NCBI GenBank assembly: GCA_964626265.1 | Contig: CAZVCG010000004.1 | Coordinates: forward strand, 5,713-69,712 | DNA: 64,000 nt | Source of the DNA: an uncultured Rhodospirillaceae bacterium | GTDB taxonomy: Bacteria > Pseudomonadota > Alphaproteobacteria > UBA9219 | Direction of reading: 5' to 3' | The notes under the pieces: model-generated | Databases searched by the model: none | Told to the model about the DNA's origin: nothing | Seen by the model: only the letters and a program-made list of their open reading frames with translations | Made by a program: the position numbers and the translations under genes | Part shown: positions 10,264-18,525 of the stretch, piece after piece | Layout of the letters: every line of letters starts with the position of its first letter | Position numbering within the stretch: position 1 is the stretch's first letter

Positions 10264-11646
10264 ATGAAAAAGCGGCTTACGCTAATTGCGGCCTTTTTTG
10301 CCATTCTGTCGTTTGGCGCATTGTCGCCGCCTATACCACTGGCTGCGCAAAGTGGGACGCGTTTTTCATTCATCCGCGACGCCGAGATCGAACACTATCT
10401 GCGCACTCTTGCAACGCCGATATACCGCGCAGCCGACATCGACCCCCAATCTGTCAGAATCTATATAATCAATAGTCCTATCGTGAACGCTTTCGTCGCT
10501 GAAGGCATGAACCAGTTTTTTTTCACCGGACTTTTGCAGCTCGCCGATACGCCGGAACAATTGGCAGGCGTCATCGCGCACGAAACGGGCCACATCGCAG
10601 GCGGCCACTTGATCCGTGGCCGCGAAGCTATGGCCAACGCCTCGGCCGAAGCCATCCTTGGCATGTTGCTGGGCGTCGCTGCCGGTGTCGCGACGGGTAA
10701 AGGCGACGTGGCTATGGGAGCCATAAGCGGATCGCAGCAAATCGCCCAACGCAATCTTCTCAGCTTCAGTCGATCACAGGAGTCTTCGGCGGACGCAGCC
10801 GCCTTGTCCTATCTTGACCGCGCCGGGATTACCGCAAAGGGCATGAAGGAGTTCATGGAAAAGCTCGGCGCTCAGGACATTCTCCCGATTGATCGTCAAG
10901 TCGAATATGTCCGAACGCACCCGCTCAATCAAGATCGCGTGGACACCGTCGCGCACCATCTGGATACCAATAATCTCGCGACTGGCAATCTCGATCAGAA
11001 ATTTGCCGTCATGCACGAACGCATGAAAGCCAAGCTCATGGGTTATTTACAACCCGAAACGGCCTTGCTGCGCTATACCGACAAAGATCCTCGCGTCACT
11101 GCGCGATACGCGCGAGCCATCGCACTTTATCGCACAAACCAGCTGTCACGCGCCTTGTCCCTTATTGACGGTCTCATTAAGGAAGAACCCGCAAACCCGT
11201 TTTTCGTTGAACTCAAAGCGCAAATGTTATTCGAAAACGGACACGTTGACGAAGCCGCTGGCCTCTACAAGAAAGTCGTCGACGCTGTCCCGGATTCCGC
11301 CATACTCAAGCAGGCTTATGGCCACGCCTTGCTCGAAAGCAAAGACCCCACAGCGACCGACGAAGCCATCCGCCAGCTTACGGAGGCGAATCGGCTGGAA
11401 CCGCATTCGCCGGGATCATGGCGACTTTTGTCAGCGGCGTGGGGCCGGAAGGGCGAGGCCACGAAAGACCCCTGCTATACCGGCTACGCGGCTTATGCCC
11501 TTGCAGAGGAAGCCGCAGCTAGAGGCGCGCACCGCGAGGCCAAGCAATACGCCGAACGCGCCCTTAAAATCTTAACCAAAGGCTCGCCTTATTGGCTACG
11601 CGCACAGGACATCAAGCAAGATATGGAAAATATTAAGGATAAATAG
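10264..11646 (+). CDS. Periplasmic M48-family zinc metalloprotease with C-terminal TPR domain (BepA/YfgC-like)
   Basis: Signal peptide, HExxH (AHETGHIAGGH), and TPR-like C-terminus. Confidence 0.8.
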   Translation: MKKRLTLIAAFFAILSFGALSPPIPLAAQSGTRFSFIRDAEIEHYLRTLATPIYRAADIDPQSVRIYIINSPIVNAFVAEGMNQFFFTGLLQLADTPEQLAGVIAHETGHIAGGHLIRGREAMANASAEAILGMLLGVAAGVATGKGDVAMGAISGSQQIAQRNLLSFSRSQESSADAAALSYLDRAGITAKGMKEFMEKLGAQDILPIDRQVEYVRTHPLNQDRVDTVAHHLDTNNLATGNLDQKFAVMHERMKAKLMGYLQPETALLRYTDKDPRVTARYARAIALYRTNQLSRALSLIDGLIKEEPANPFFVELKAQMLFENGHVDEAAGLYKKVVDAVPDSAILKQAYGHALLESKDPTATDEAIRQLTEANRLEPHSPGSWRLLSAAWGRKGEATKDPCYTGYAAYALAEEAAARGAHREAKQYAERALKILTKGSPYWLRAQDIKQDMENIKDK

Positions 11647-11754
11647 CGTTTGAATATGCCCCGCTTTACCACGTAAAACCGTTAACGTTGACTTACCCTT
11701 GAAAACTTGGTTTTGTTGCGCTCCAAGCGAATTAACCATTATCGGGAGTATTCC

Positions 11755-12522
11755 ATGCGCGTAATTGCGAGTTTACTGAGCATCCTTGTTTTGGGCCTAG
11801 CGGCTTCATTGGCCATAGCCGCCGACCCGGCCCCTACCAGTCCTTCCCTTACGGATGCCCAAAAAGCCCAAGTCGAAGAAGTCGTACGTAACCTTTTGAC
11901 CAAAAAGGAACCTGACCTGATCATCAAGGCCGCCCAGGAAATGCAAGCCCGACATGAGTCTGAGTCGGCCGAAAAGAACCAGAAAGCCATCAAAGCCAAC
12001 AAAGGAAAACTATTTAATGATCCAAATTCATTTGTCGGCGGTAATCCCAAGGGCGACGTAACCGTCGTTCAGTTCTATGATTACCAGTGTGGCTACTGCA
12101 AAATGGCCAAGGAAACGGTCTCCAAAATTCTTGAGACCGACAAAAATGTCAGGTTTGTCTTTAAAGAATTTCCAGTGCTCGGACCAAATTCAGTTCAAGC
12201 CGCCAAAGCTTCGCTTGCCAGCGTCAAGCAAGGTAAGTTCATCAAGTTTCATGATGGTCTTCTCTCGCTCAAAGAACATCTGAGCGACGAGACTATTTTC
12301 AAGGTCGCGAAAGATACAGGACTTGACGTAGAAAAACTGAAAAAAGACATGGCCGATCCGGCCCTCGATAAAATAATACAAGAAAACGCGACATTAGGCA
12401 GCGAGATTGGAGCCGTTGGGACGCCTAGTTATGTGATCGGCGACCAGCTTTACCCCGGAGCCTTGCCTCTAGATCAGATGAAAAAAGCCATCGAAGACGT
12501 TAGAAAAGACCTGAAGAAGTAG
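11755..12522 (+). CDS. Periplasmic DsbA-family thiol:disulfide oxidoreductase
   Basis: Signal peptide (MRVIASLLSILVLGLAASLAIAA) and thioredoxin CxxC (YQCGYCK). Start set at ATG 11755 after GGGAG. Confidence 0.75.
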   Translation: MRVIASLLSILVLGLAASLAIAADPAPTSPSLTDAQKAQVEEVVRNLLTKKEPDLIIKAAQEMQARHESESAEKNQKAIKANKGKLFNDPNSFVGGNPKGDVTVVQFYDYQCGYCKMAKETVSKILETDKNVRFVFKEFPVLGPNSVQAAKASLASVKQGKFIKFHDGLLSLKEHLSDETIFKVAKDTGLDVEKLKKDMADPALDKIIQENATLGSEIGAVGTPSYVIGDQLYPGALPLDQMKKAIEDVRKDLKK

Positions 12523-12534
12523 TTGCGAAGGAAC

Positions 12535-12570
12535 AGCCTGTCCCCGCTTTGCGGGGACAGGCTTTATTAA
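12535..12570 (+). terminator. Rho-independent terminator after the dsbA-like gene
   Basis: agcctgtccccgc-ttt-gcggggacaggct (13-bp stem) followed by ttattaat. Confidence 0.7.
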
Positions 12571-12582
12571 TAGAGAGAAAAA

Positions 12583-13044
12583 ATGAAACAGCAACGCATT
12601 CTGGTCATCAACGGCCCCAACCTGAATATGCTGGGCAAGCGCGAGCCCGCTATCTACGGCACGGCCACGCTTAAGGACATCGAAAAGCTTTGCAAGGACA
12701 CGGCCGAGCAATTCGACATGACCGTTGACTGCCGCCAAAGCAATATCGAAGGCGACATCGTCACGTGGATTCAGGAAAGCCCGTCTAAGTATGCTGGCAT
12801 AGTCATCAACGCCGCAGCGTACAGCCACACATCGGTCGCTATTCTCGACGCTTTACGTCTGGCTGGTCTTCCTGCGGTGGAGGTCCACATTACGAACATT
12901 TTTGCCCGCGAATCCTTCCGCCAGCACTCATTCGTGTCTCAAGCGGTTCTGGGCGTTATCAGCGGACTCGGCATTTCAGGTTATTCGTACGCCATAGAAT
13001 ATTTAGCAGGTCATTTGGACACCAAAACCAGGAAAAAATCATGA
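12583..13044 (+). CDS. aroQ: 3-dehydroquinate dehydratase, type II
   Basis: ILVINGPNLNMLGKREP.IYG and HISNI-like HITNIF motifs; 153 aa. Confidence 0.9.
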   Translation: MKQQRILVINGPNLNMLGKREPAIYGTATLKDIEKLCKDTAEQFDMTVDCRQSNIEGDIVTWIQESPSKYAGIVINAAAYSHTSVAILDALRLAGLPAVEVHITNIFARESFRQHSFVSQAVLGVISGLGISGYSYAIEYLAGHLDTKTRKKS

Positions 13045-13490
13045 GTAAATTCGATATTGACGCCGATGCCGTACATAAGATGGCCGATCTTCTGAAAGAA
13101 ACCGGCCTGCATGAAATCGAATACGCCGAAGGCGATAAGCGTCTTCGTTGCGTCGCGGCACATGCCCCTGTCTCGCATCCCCCCCATGTCATCCCAATGG
13201 CCGCCCCCACTGTTGCGCACACTGAAGTTCAGGGAACGCAAAAACCCGTTCTCAACGGTACGCCTGTGGACGCCCCCATGGTCGGCACGGTTTATATGGC
13301 TCCCGAACCCGGCGCGCCCCACTTCGTGAATGTCGGCGACAAGGTCAAGCCCGGCGACACGCTTCTAATCATCGAAGCCATGAAAGTCATGAATCCCATC
13401 AAGGCTCCGGTAGCCGGGACAATTACCGAAATTTTCGTCAACGACGCCAAGCCCGTCGAATTCGGCGAAACTTTATTGTTGATTGCATAG
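13041..13490 (+). CDS. accB: Biotin carboxyl carrier protein of acetyl-CoA carboxylase
   Basis: C-terminal biotinyl domain with EAMKVMN. Overlaps aroQ by 4 nt and is followed by accC. Confidence 0.9.
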   Translation: MSKFDIDADAVHKMADLLKETGLHEIEYAEGDKRLRCVAAHAPVSHPPHVIPMAAPTVAHTEVQGTQKPVLNGTPVDAPMVGTVYMAPEPGAPHFVNVGDKVKPGDTLLIIEAMKVMNPIKAPVAGTITEIFVNDAKPVEFGETLLLIA

Positions 13491-13499
13491 GGTAAGGCC

Positions 13500-14843
13500 T
13501 TGTTCGAAAAAATTCTCATTGCCAACCGCGGCGAAATCGCCCTCCGCATTCATCGCGCCTGCCGCGAAATGGGCATCCATACGGTCGCCGTTCACTCGAC
13601 GGCGGATGCAGATGCTATGCACGTCCGGCTTGCAGATGAAAGCGTGTGCATAGGCCCTCCACCTGCAAAAGATAGCTATCTGAATATTCCGGCTATACTC
13701 ACAGCCGCTGCCATCACGGGAGCCGACGCGATACATCCGGGCATAGGCTTCATGTCGGAAAACGCCGCTTTCGCCGAAATGGTGGAAGAACACGGCTTCG
13801 TCTTCATCGGCCCCACGCCCGAGCATATCCGCATGATGGGCGACAAAATGACGGCGCGCACTACGGTTATGAATCTAGGCCTCCCGACAGTTCCGGGCTC
13901 CGAAGGCATCATAGCAAGCGAAGTCGAAGCCGCCAAGGTCGCTAAATCTATCGGCTATCCCGTCCTTATCAAGGCATCGGCAGGCGGGGGCGGCAAAGGC
14001 ATGAAAGTCGCGCATGACGCAGCATCGCTCGGCGAAGCTTATCGATTGGCACGAAACGAAGCGCGTGCGGCGTTCGGCAACGACGACGTTTATATGGAAA
14101 AATATCTGGCGACCCCGCGCCATATCGAAGTCCAGTTGCTTGGCGACACGCACGGCAACGCTGTCTATTTCGGCGAACGCGATTGCTCGTTGCAACGACG
14201 CCACCAGAAAGTCATCGAGGAAGCTCCCTCGCCTGGCCTCAACGACAACGAACGCAAATATATCGGCGAACTCGCGGCCAGCGTGGTGCAAAAACTCGGC
14301 TATCGCGGTGTCGGCACGATGGAGTTCCTCTATGAGAACGGCAAGTTCTATTTCATCGAAATGAATACTCGCCTTCAGATCGAACACACGGTGTCTGAAA
14401 TGATCACCGGCATCGATCTTGTGCGCGAGCAGATACGCGTAGCGTCAGGTCTGCCATTGGGTTTCAAACAGGAAGATATATCGTTTAGTGGCCATGCCAT
14501 CGAATGCCGCATCAACGCCGAAAATCCCGAAACGTTCATGCCCTCGCCCGGCACTATCAACGGTTTCCATGCCCCCGGCGGGCTTGGCGTACGCGTCGAT
14601 AGCGCGCTTTATGACGGCTACAAAGTGCCGCCGCATTATGACAGCATGATCGCCAAGCTGATTGTCCACGGCAAAACGCGCAACGAATGTCTCTTGCGTC
14701 TGCGCCGCAGCCTTGAAGAGTTCGTGATCGGTGGCGTCCACACGACGCTCCCCCTTCACCAGCGCATCATCAGCCAGAACGACTTTATCAACGGCGATTA
14801 CGACATCCACTGGCTGGAGTCGTTCTTGGGGATTAATTCTTAA
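13500..14843 (+). CDS. accC: Acetyl-CoA carboxylase biotin carboxylase subunit
   Basis: Near-colinear with E. coli AccC (KILIANRGEIALRI.RAC.E.GI.TVAVHS.AD ... YFIEMNTRLQIEHTVSEMITG). Confidence 0.95.
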   Translation: MFEKILIANRGEIALRIHRACREMGIHTVAVHSTADADAMHVRLADESVCIGPPPAKDSYLNIPAILTAAAITGADAIHPGIGFMSENAAFAEMVEEHGFVFIGPTPEHIRMMGDKMTARTTVMNLGLPTVPGSEGIIASEVEAAKVAKSIGYPVLIKASAGGGGKGMKVAHDAASLGEAYRLARNEARAAFGNDDVYMEKYLATPRHIEVQLLGDTHGNAVYFGERDCSLQRRHQKVIEEAPSPGLNDNERKYIGELAASVVQKLGYRGVGTMEFLYENGKFYFIEMNTRLQIEHTVSEMITGIDLVREQIRVASGLPLGFKQEDISFSGHAIECRINAENPETFMPSPGTINGFHAPGGLGVRVDSALYDGYKVPPHYDSMIAKLIVHGKTRNECLLRLRRSLEEFVIGGVHTTLPLHQRIISQNDFINGDYDIHWLESFLGINS

Positions 14844-15929
14844 TCAGTTTGCCGCCAAAATATCCAGACGGCTCGCTTTAGGATGCGTCGTATGCCGCTG
14901 GCTGCCGTTAAACTGAGCTTCCCGCCATACGAAACGCTGTATATCCGACATTTCTCCACACCCGAACTTGCTGACAACGGCGCCGTAATTTATCGTTCGC
15001 ATGATTTCGTTACCAGTAAAGAAATCACGCATGATCCGTTCATGGTTATGGCATTCTTCAGAAAAATGAGCCGCTCCGTAAGGAGAAATACCGCTTGGTC
15101 CTTCCTCTAAGCGGGTTTTGCCTGCATGCCACCATTCACCTTCGTAATTACGCAAACCTGCCTTGCGGGTGATGTAATAGTGGAGCCGCCGATTATAAAG
15201 TGCCTCGGTTTCTTTATCGGAAAGCTTATCGCCACGTTCAAGCTTCTCTTCATAAAATCGTGTGGAGGATTCTTTCATCGCCCAGTCGAAGGGTGTACCC
15301 ATATTAAGAGGCGCGCTATGCTCACGGACGAGTTGCATGCGCTCAAGTTCGGCAGAATATACATCATGCCAATCGTCCGACTCAAGCATCGGCTTGATGC
15401 GCAGTAATATTTCCTGAGCAACCTCGGAAAACCTGATGATCGTAAAATCGACACATCCGCCAGTATTATGGGGCGACGGCCTATGCTTACGGGCAGAAGG
15501 CATAGAAACGTAAACCTGTGCTGCTTCTAATGCTTCTTTGCGACTTAATCCACCCGATCTCATGAGCTTCCCAACATAATCTTTGAAAAGCCACGCCTGT
15601 TCCTGAAGGGTTCGGTATCCTTCCCAGACAAGTACCCCATAACCCTCAGGTAGTTCGTTAGTAGCCAAGGAAAAGCTTTCGGCAATACCCTCGCGCATGT
15701 AAGCTCCCCAAAGAGAGCCTTTGATTTCGCCTAGCGCGTAAGGTGAGCTATTCCAACGGATGCCTTTATAAATAGGGTCACAATAGAGCTTATCGTATTT
15801 TGTGAAGGGACCTACAGCGACAAGCCTTTCGCCATTTTCCTGTATTGGAATGCTGTATTGCGGCGGATCTAAAAAAGGAATGGGCTGTGCCCTTGGGTCT
15901 TTAAGGCTATATGGAAGAAGAAGTGACAT
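14844..15929 (-). CDS. M15-family D-Ala-D-Ala dipeptidase-like protein (VanX/DdpX-like), extended
   Basis: VLVWEGYRTLQEQAWLF, SPHNTGGCVDF (SxHxxGxAxD zinc site) and EWWH motifs align with E. coli DdpX. At 361 aa it is about twice the length of DdpX. Confidence 0.6.
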   Translation of the reverse strand: MSLLLPYSLKDPRAQPIPFLDPPQYSIPIQENGERLVAVGPFTKYDKLYCDPIYKGIRWNSSPYALGEIKGSLWGAYMREGIAESFSLATNELPEGYGVLVWEGYRTLQEQAWLFKDYVGKLMRSGGLSRKEALEAAQVYVSMPSARKHRPSPHNTGGCVDFTIIRFSEVAQEILLRIKPMLESDDWHDVYSAELERMQLVREHSAPLNMGTPFDWAMKESSTRFYEEKLERGDKLSDKETEALYNRRLHYYITRKAGLRNYEGEWWHAGKTRLEEGPSGISPYGAAHFSEECHNHERIMRDFFTGNEIMRTINYGAVVSKFGCGEMSDIQRFVWREAQFNGSQRHTTHPKASRLDILAAN

Positions 15930-16090
15930 TGTTTATCTCTCCTAAAATAATATCTCATCTTCAGTTGACAAATTTAATTGCGTCTACACTTGCATGTTCA
16001 TAAGCATTAAACAATTTTTTAACTCGACATTAACCATTTTTATCAATAAGTTAATTTCGTTCCGGTTCGTTATCTAAATAGCTGTAATCC

Positions 16091-16765
16091 ATGTCCCAAC
16101 GTAGAATTCTTCTTACTCCCGACATCCTTTTGCAGGCCTACGCAGCGGGAATATTCCCGATGGCTGAGCATGCCATGTCGCAGGAGTTGCGTTGGTTCGA
16201 CCCGCCTCTACGCGCCGTCATTCCGCTGGATCACCGATTTCACGTCCCTCGCAGGCTCCGCCGCACGATCCGCCAACAGCCCTATAATATCCGCTTGAAC
16301 ACGGCCTTTGGCGAAGTCATCCGCTGCTGCGCCGCGCCTACACAGGAACGTTCCGTGACATGGATCAACCGCGAGATTATAGGGCTTTATACGACGCTAC
16401 ATCACCGCGGATTCGCGCACAGCGTCGAAGTCTGGGATAGGCACGAACTCGTCGGCGGTCTTTACGGCGTCAGTCTCGGCAGCGCCTTTTTCGGCGAGAG
16501 CATGTTCAGCCGCCGACCGGACGCAAGCAAAATTGCTCTTGTATATTTGGTTGCGCTGCTGCGTGACTGTTCCTTCAAATTACTGGATACGCAATTCCAG
16601 ACGGATCATCTGGCGCAATTCGGGACATTGGAGATCACGCGCGCCAATTATCAGCATCAACTGTCCAAGGCGATCAAAACGCAAAACAAGCTTGCTTTGC
16701 CCGAAAATTCCGACTGGGATCACTTGGTGGCTTCGCTTTTGCAGCCCGTAACCCACAAATCGTAA
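16091..16765 (+). CDS. aat: Leucyl/phenylalanyl-tRNA--protein transferase
   Basis: GIFPM motif and L/F-transferase fold; 224 aa. Confidence 0.9.
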   Translation: MSQRRILLTPDILLQAYAAGIFPMAEHAMSQELRWFDPPLRAVIPLDHRFHVPRRLRRTIRQQPYNIRLNTAFGEVIRCCAAPTQERSVTWINREIIGLYTTLHHRGFAHSVEVWDRHELVGGLYGVSLGSAFFGESMFSRRPDASKIALVYLVALLRDCSFKLLDTQFQTDHLAQFGTLEITRANYQHQLSKAIKTQNKLALPENSDWDHLVASLLQPVTHKS

Positions 16766-17100
16766 ATCGGATGTTCCATCGCGGACAGGGCCGGACTGGA
16801 CGCGAACATCCATCCCTTGAAAACGCCGGATTCCACCGATCCGGGCTTTATTTCGCTTACTTCCAGAAACGCCGCTGCTTCCGGTGTTTCCTCGGGCGGC
16901 GCGACGCGACAGGCGCGAACCGTGATGATAAGCGTGCCGAACTTAAAAGGTTGCTCGATGGGAACGTTGATCTCTTCGACGCGTGCCGTGATTTTGTCCA
17001 ACACTCTCAATACAGCCAAAGGCCTATCTTCGGTCGGCGCAGAGGCGCGAACGTCTCCCGCAGCGATAGCCAGCAAAAATACGATGAGGATACGCCGCAT
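16720..17100 (-). CDS. DUF2155-family secreted protein
   Basis: Signal peptide; LAVLRVLDKITARVEEINVPIE..FKFGTLIITVRAC ... GWMFASSPALSAMEHPIYDLWV matches the alphaproteobacterial DUF2155 pattern. Its 3' end overlaps aat convergently by 46 nt. Confidence 0.6.
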   Translation of the reverse strand: MRRILIVFLLAIAAGDVRASAPTEDRPLAVLRVLDKITARVEEINVPIEQPFKFGTLIITVRACRVAPPEETPEAAAFLEVSEIKPGSVESGVFKGWMFASSPALSAMEHPIYDLWVTGCKSEATK

Positions 17101-18023
17101 TATGGCTTTGCCGGTTCCGGTGGGGTTGCCGTCGGATCGTGTGGCGCAGGCAAGGTTACAGGGGGCAAAACGGAGATATTCGGCGGCGGTAAGTTGTTAA
17201 TATCAGAAGGCGCTGCAGCGTTTTCGGAATCCGTTTTCTGGGATTCGCGGACGGGTTCTTGTTCAGGTTTTGGCGGCACAAGAATCTGTTTTTCTTCCAC
17301 GGGTTTGGAAGGCTGCAAAGTGGATATGATTCCGTCTAAAGATCCCGTTGATGTGGCGGGCGCTATCTTGGCTGGCGCAGGCGCGGCCTTAGCTGGCGCA
17401 GACGGAACAGGAGGTGCCGGCCTTGGCGCAGGCGCGATCGCAGGGGCAGGTTGAGGCGTCGGAACGAAGGATTCGGCGGGCGCTGGAGAAGCCGTAACGG
17501 CAGGCGGAGACGCCGCCCCTATTGAAGAGCCGCTTTTCGATTGCGCGCCATTCCCGTTCTCGGATTTTTTTGATCCGTAAATCAGCTGGCCGATCAAATC
17601 GTCGAGTCGCATCGGCGATTGCGTATGCGTTATTCTTCCCGTTCCGTCCGTTTTGATGTTCTCTTCGTCCACGCCTACTTCAAGCGACATGTACTTGCCG
17701 CCCAAAAGACTCTCGGACGCGACCATGGCAATCGTATCGAGCGGCAATATGATATTGGGCAACAAAGTCATGTGTACGTCGACTTTATATTGATTTGGGC
17801 CTGGTTTAGTGACAAGTTCCAGATTCGATATGGAACCGACTTTGACGCCGTTCATCTTTACGTCCGTTCCTTCTTTTAGACCATCGACCTTGGGAAAATA
17901 AGCGCTGACCGTATAGCCCTGCACTTTCTGCAAATCGGCGCTCGAATAAGCAAAAACAAGAAACACGCCGGCGACAATAAGCACGACTGCGCCGAGCACG
18001 GTTTCAATTGCATTGCGTCCCAT
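17100..18023 (-). CDS. MlaD-like MCE-domain protein with Pro/Ala-rich C-terminal extension
   Basis: N-terminal TM plus MCE domain (ETVLGAVVLIVAGVFLVFAY...YTVSAYFPKVDGLKEGTDVKMNGVKVGSI), followed by a long PAPAP low-complexity tail. Confidence 0.75.
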   Translation of the reverse strand: MGRNAIETVLGAVVLIVAGVFLVFAYSSADLQKVQGYTVSAYFPKVDGLKEGTDVKMNGVKVGSISNLELVTKPGPNQYKVDVHMTLLPNIILPLDTIAMVASESLLGGKYMSLEVGVDEENIKTDGTGRITHTQSPMRLDDLIGQLIYGSKKSENGNGAQSKSGSSIGAASPPAVTASPAPAESFVPTPQPAPAIAPAPRPAPPVPSAPAKAAPAPAKIAPATSTGSLDGIISTLQPSKPVEEKQILVPPKPEQEPVRESQKTDSENAAAPSDINNLPPPNISVLPPVTLPAPHDPTATPPEPAKP

Positions 18024-18525
18024 AGATCAGCTCCTCGAATGGCTTTGGCTTTAACAAGAATGAATCGTCATCTCCTATTTGCCACCAAACATGGTTAACG
18101 GCAAATCCTTTGGAGCCCCATGGGCTCTTTCGTCGCGCATTCTTTTTTCGTGGTGCGGATTCGATGAGGATTCGGTGACACAAGTTTGCCTTGATATTTT
18201 TCATTCGGCAAGATTCTGAAACAATCGGAACTGAAATAATCACAGGAATTATTCGATGTTCTTACGCGAATTCTCGGAAGCCCATAATTGCCCAAATATA
18301 CGAAAATTATAGGGATAGCCCATCAGTACCGTGCATGAAACGCCTCAAAAACGTTCATGAGCGACTTTAATAACTGCCAAGAATAAACCTGATTATTGTT
18401 ACGGAGAGGGAACAATGGGAGAGAATTTGGGGAGAGAAAGGTGTGGATTGTGAATAAGTAATTCTTTATGCATACCATATTTTGTGGCATATTCAGACGT
18501 AACCGCATGATCTTGTGGATAACTT

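Noticed and set aside
16147-16158. Perfect palindrome gggaatattccc, superficially like the repeat-element arms
   Set aside because: It lies inside aat and encodes the conserved GIFPM motif, so the match is coincidental. It has no second arm or flanking element structure.
18024-18525. 500-bp non-coding gap upstream of the NrdJ-like gene, considered as a possible sRNA or riboswitch (e.g. a B12 element, given the RNR-like gene)
   Set aside because: I could not recognise the conserved B12-box (rGGGAAG...gcCACTG-like) or any convincing conserved structure by eye. Only weak hairpins are present, e.g. gagcccca/tgggctc at ~18105-18125. It is left as unexplained intergenic sequence.
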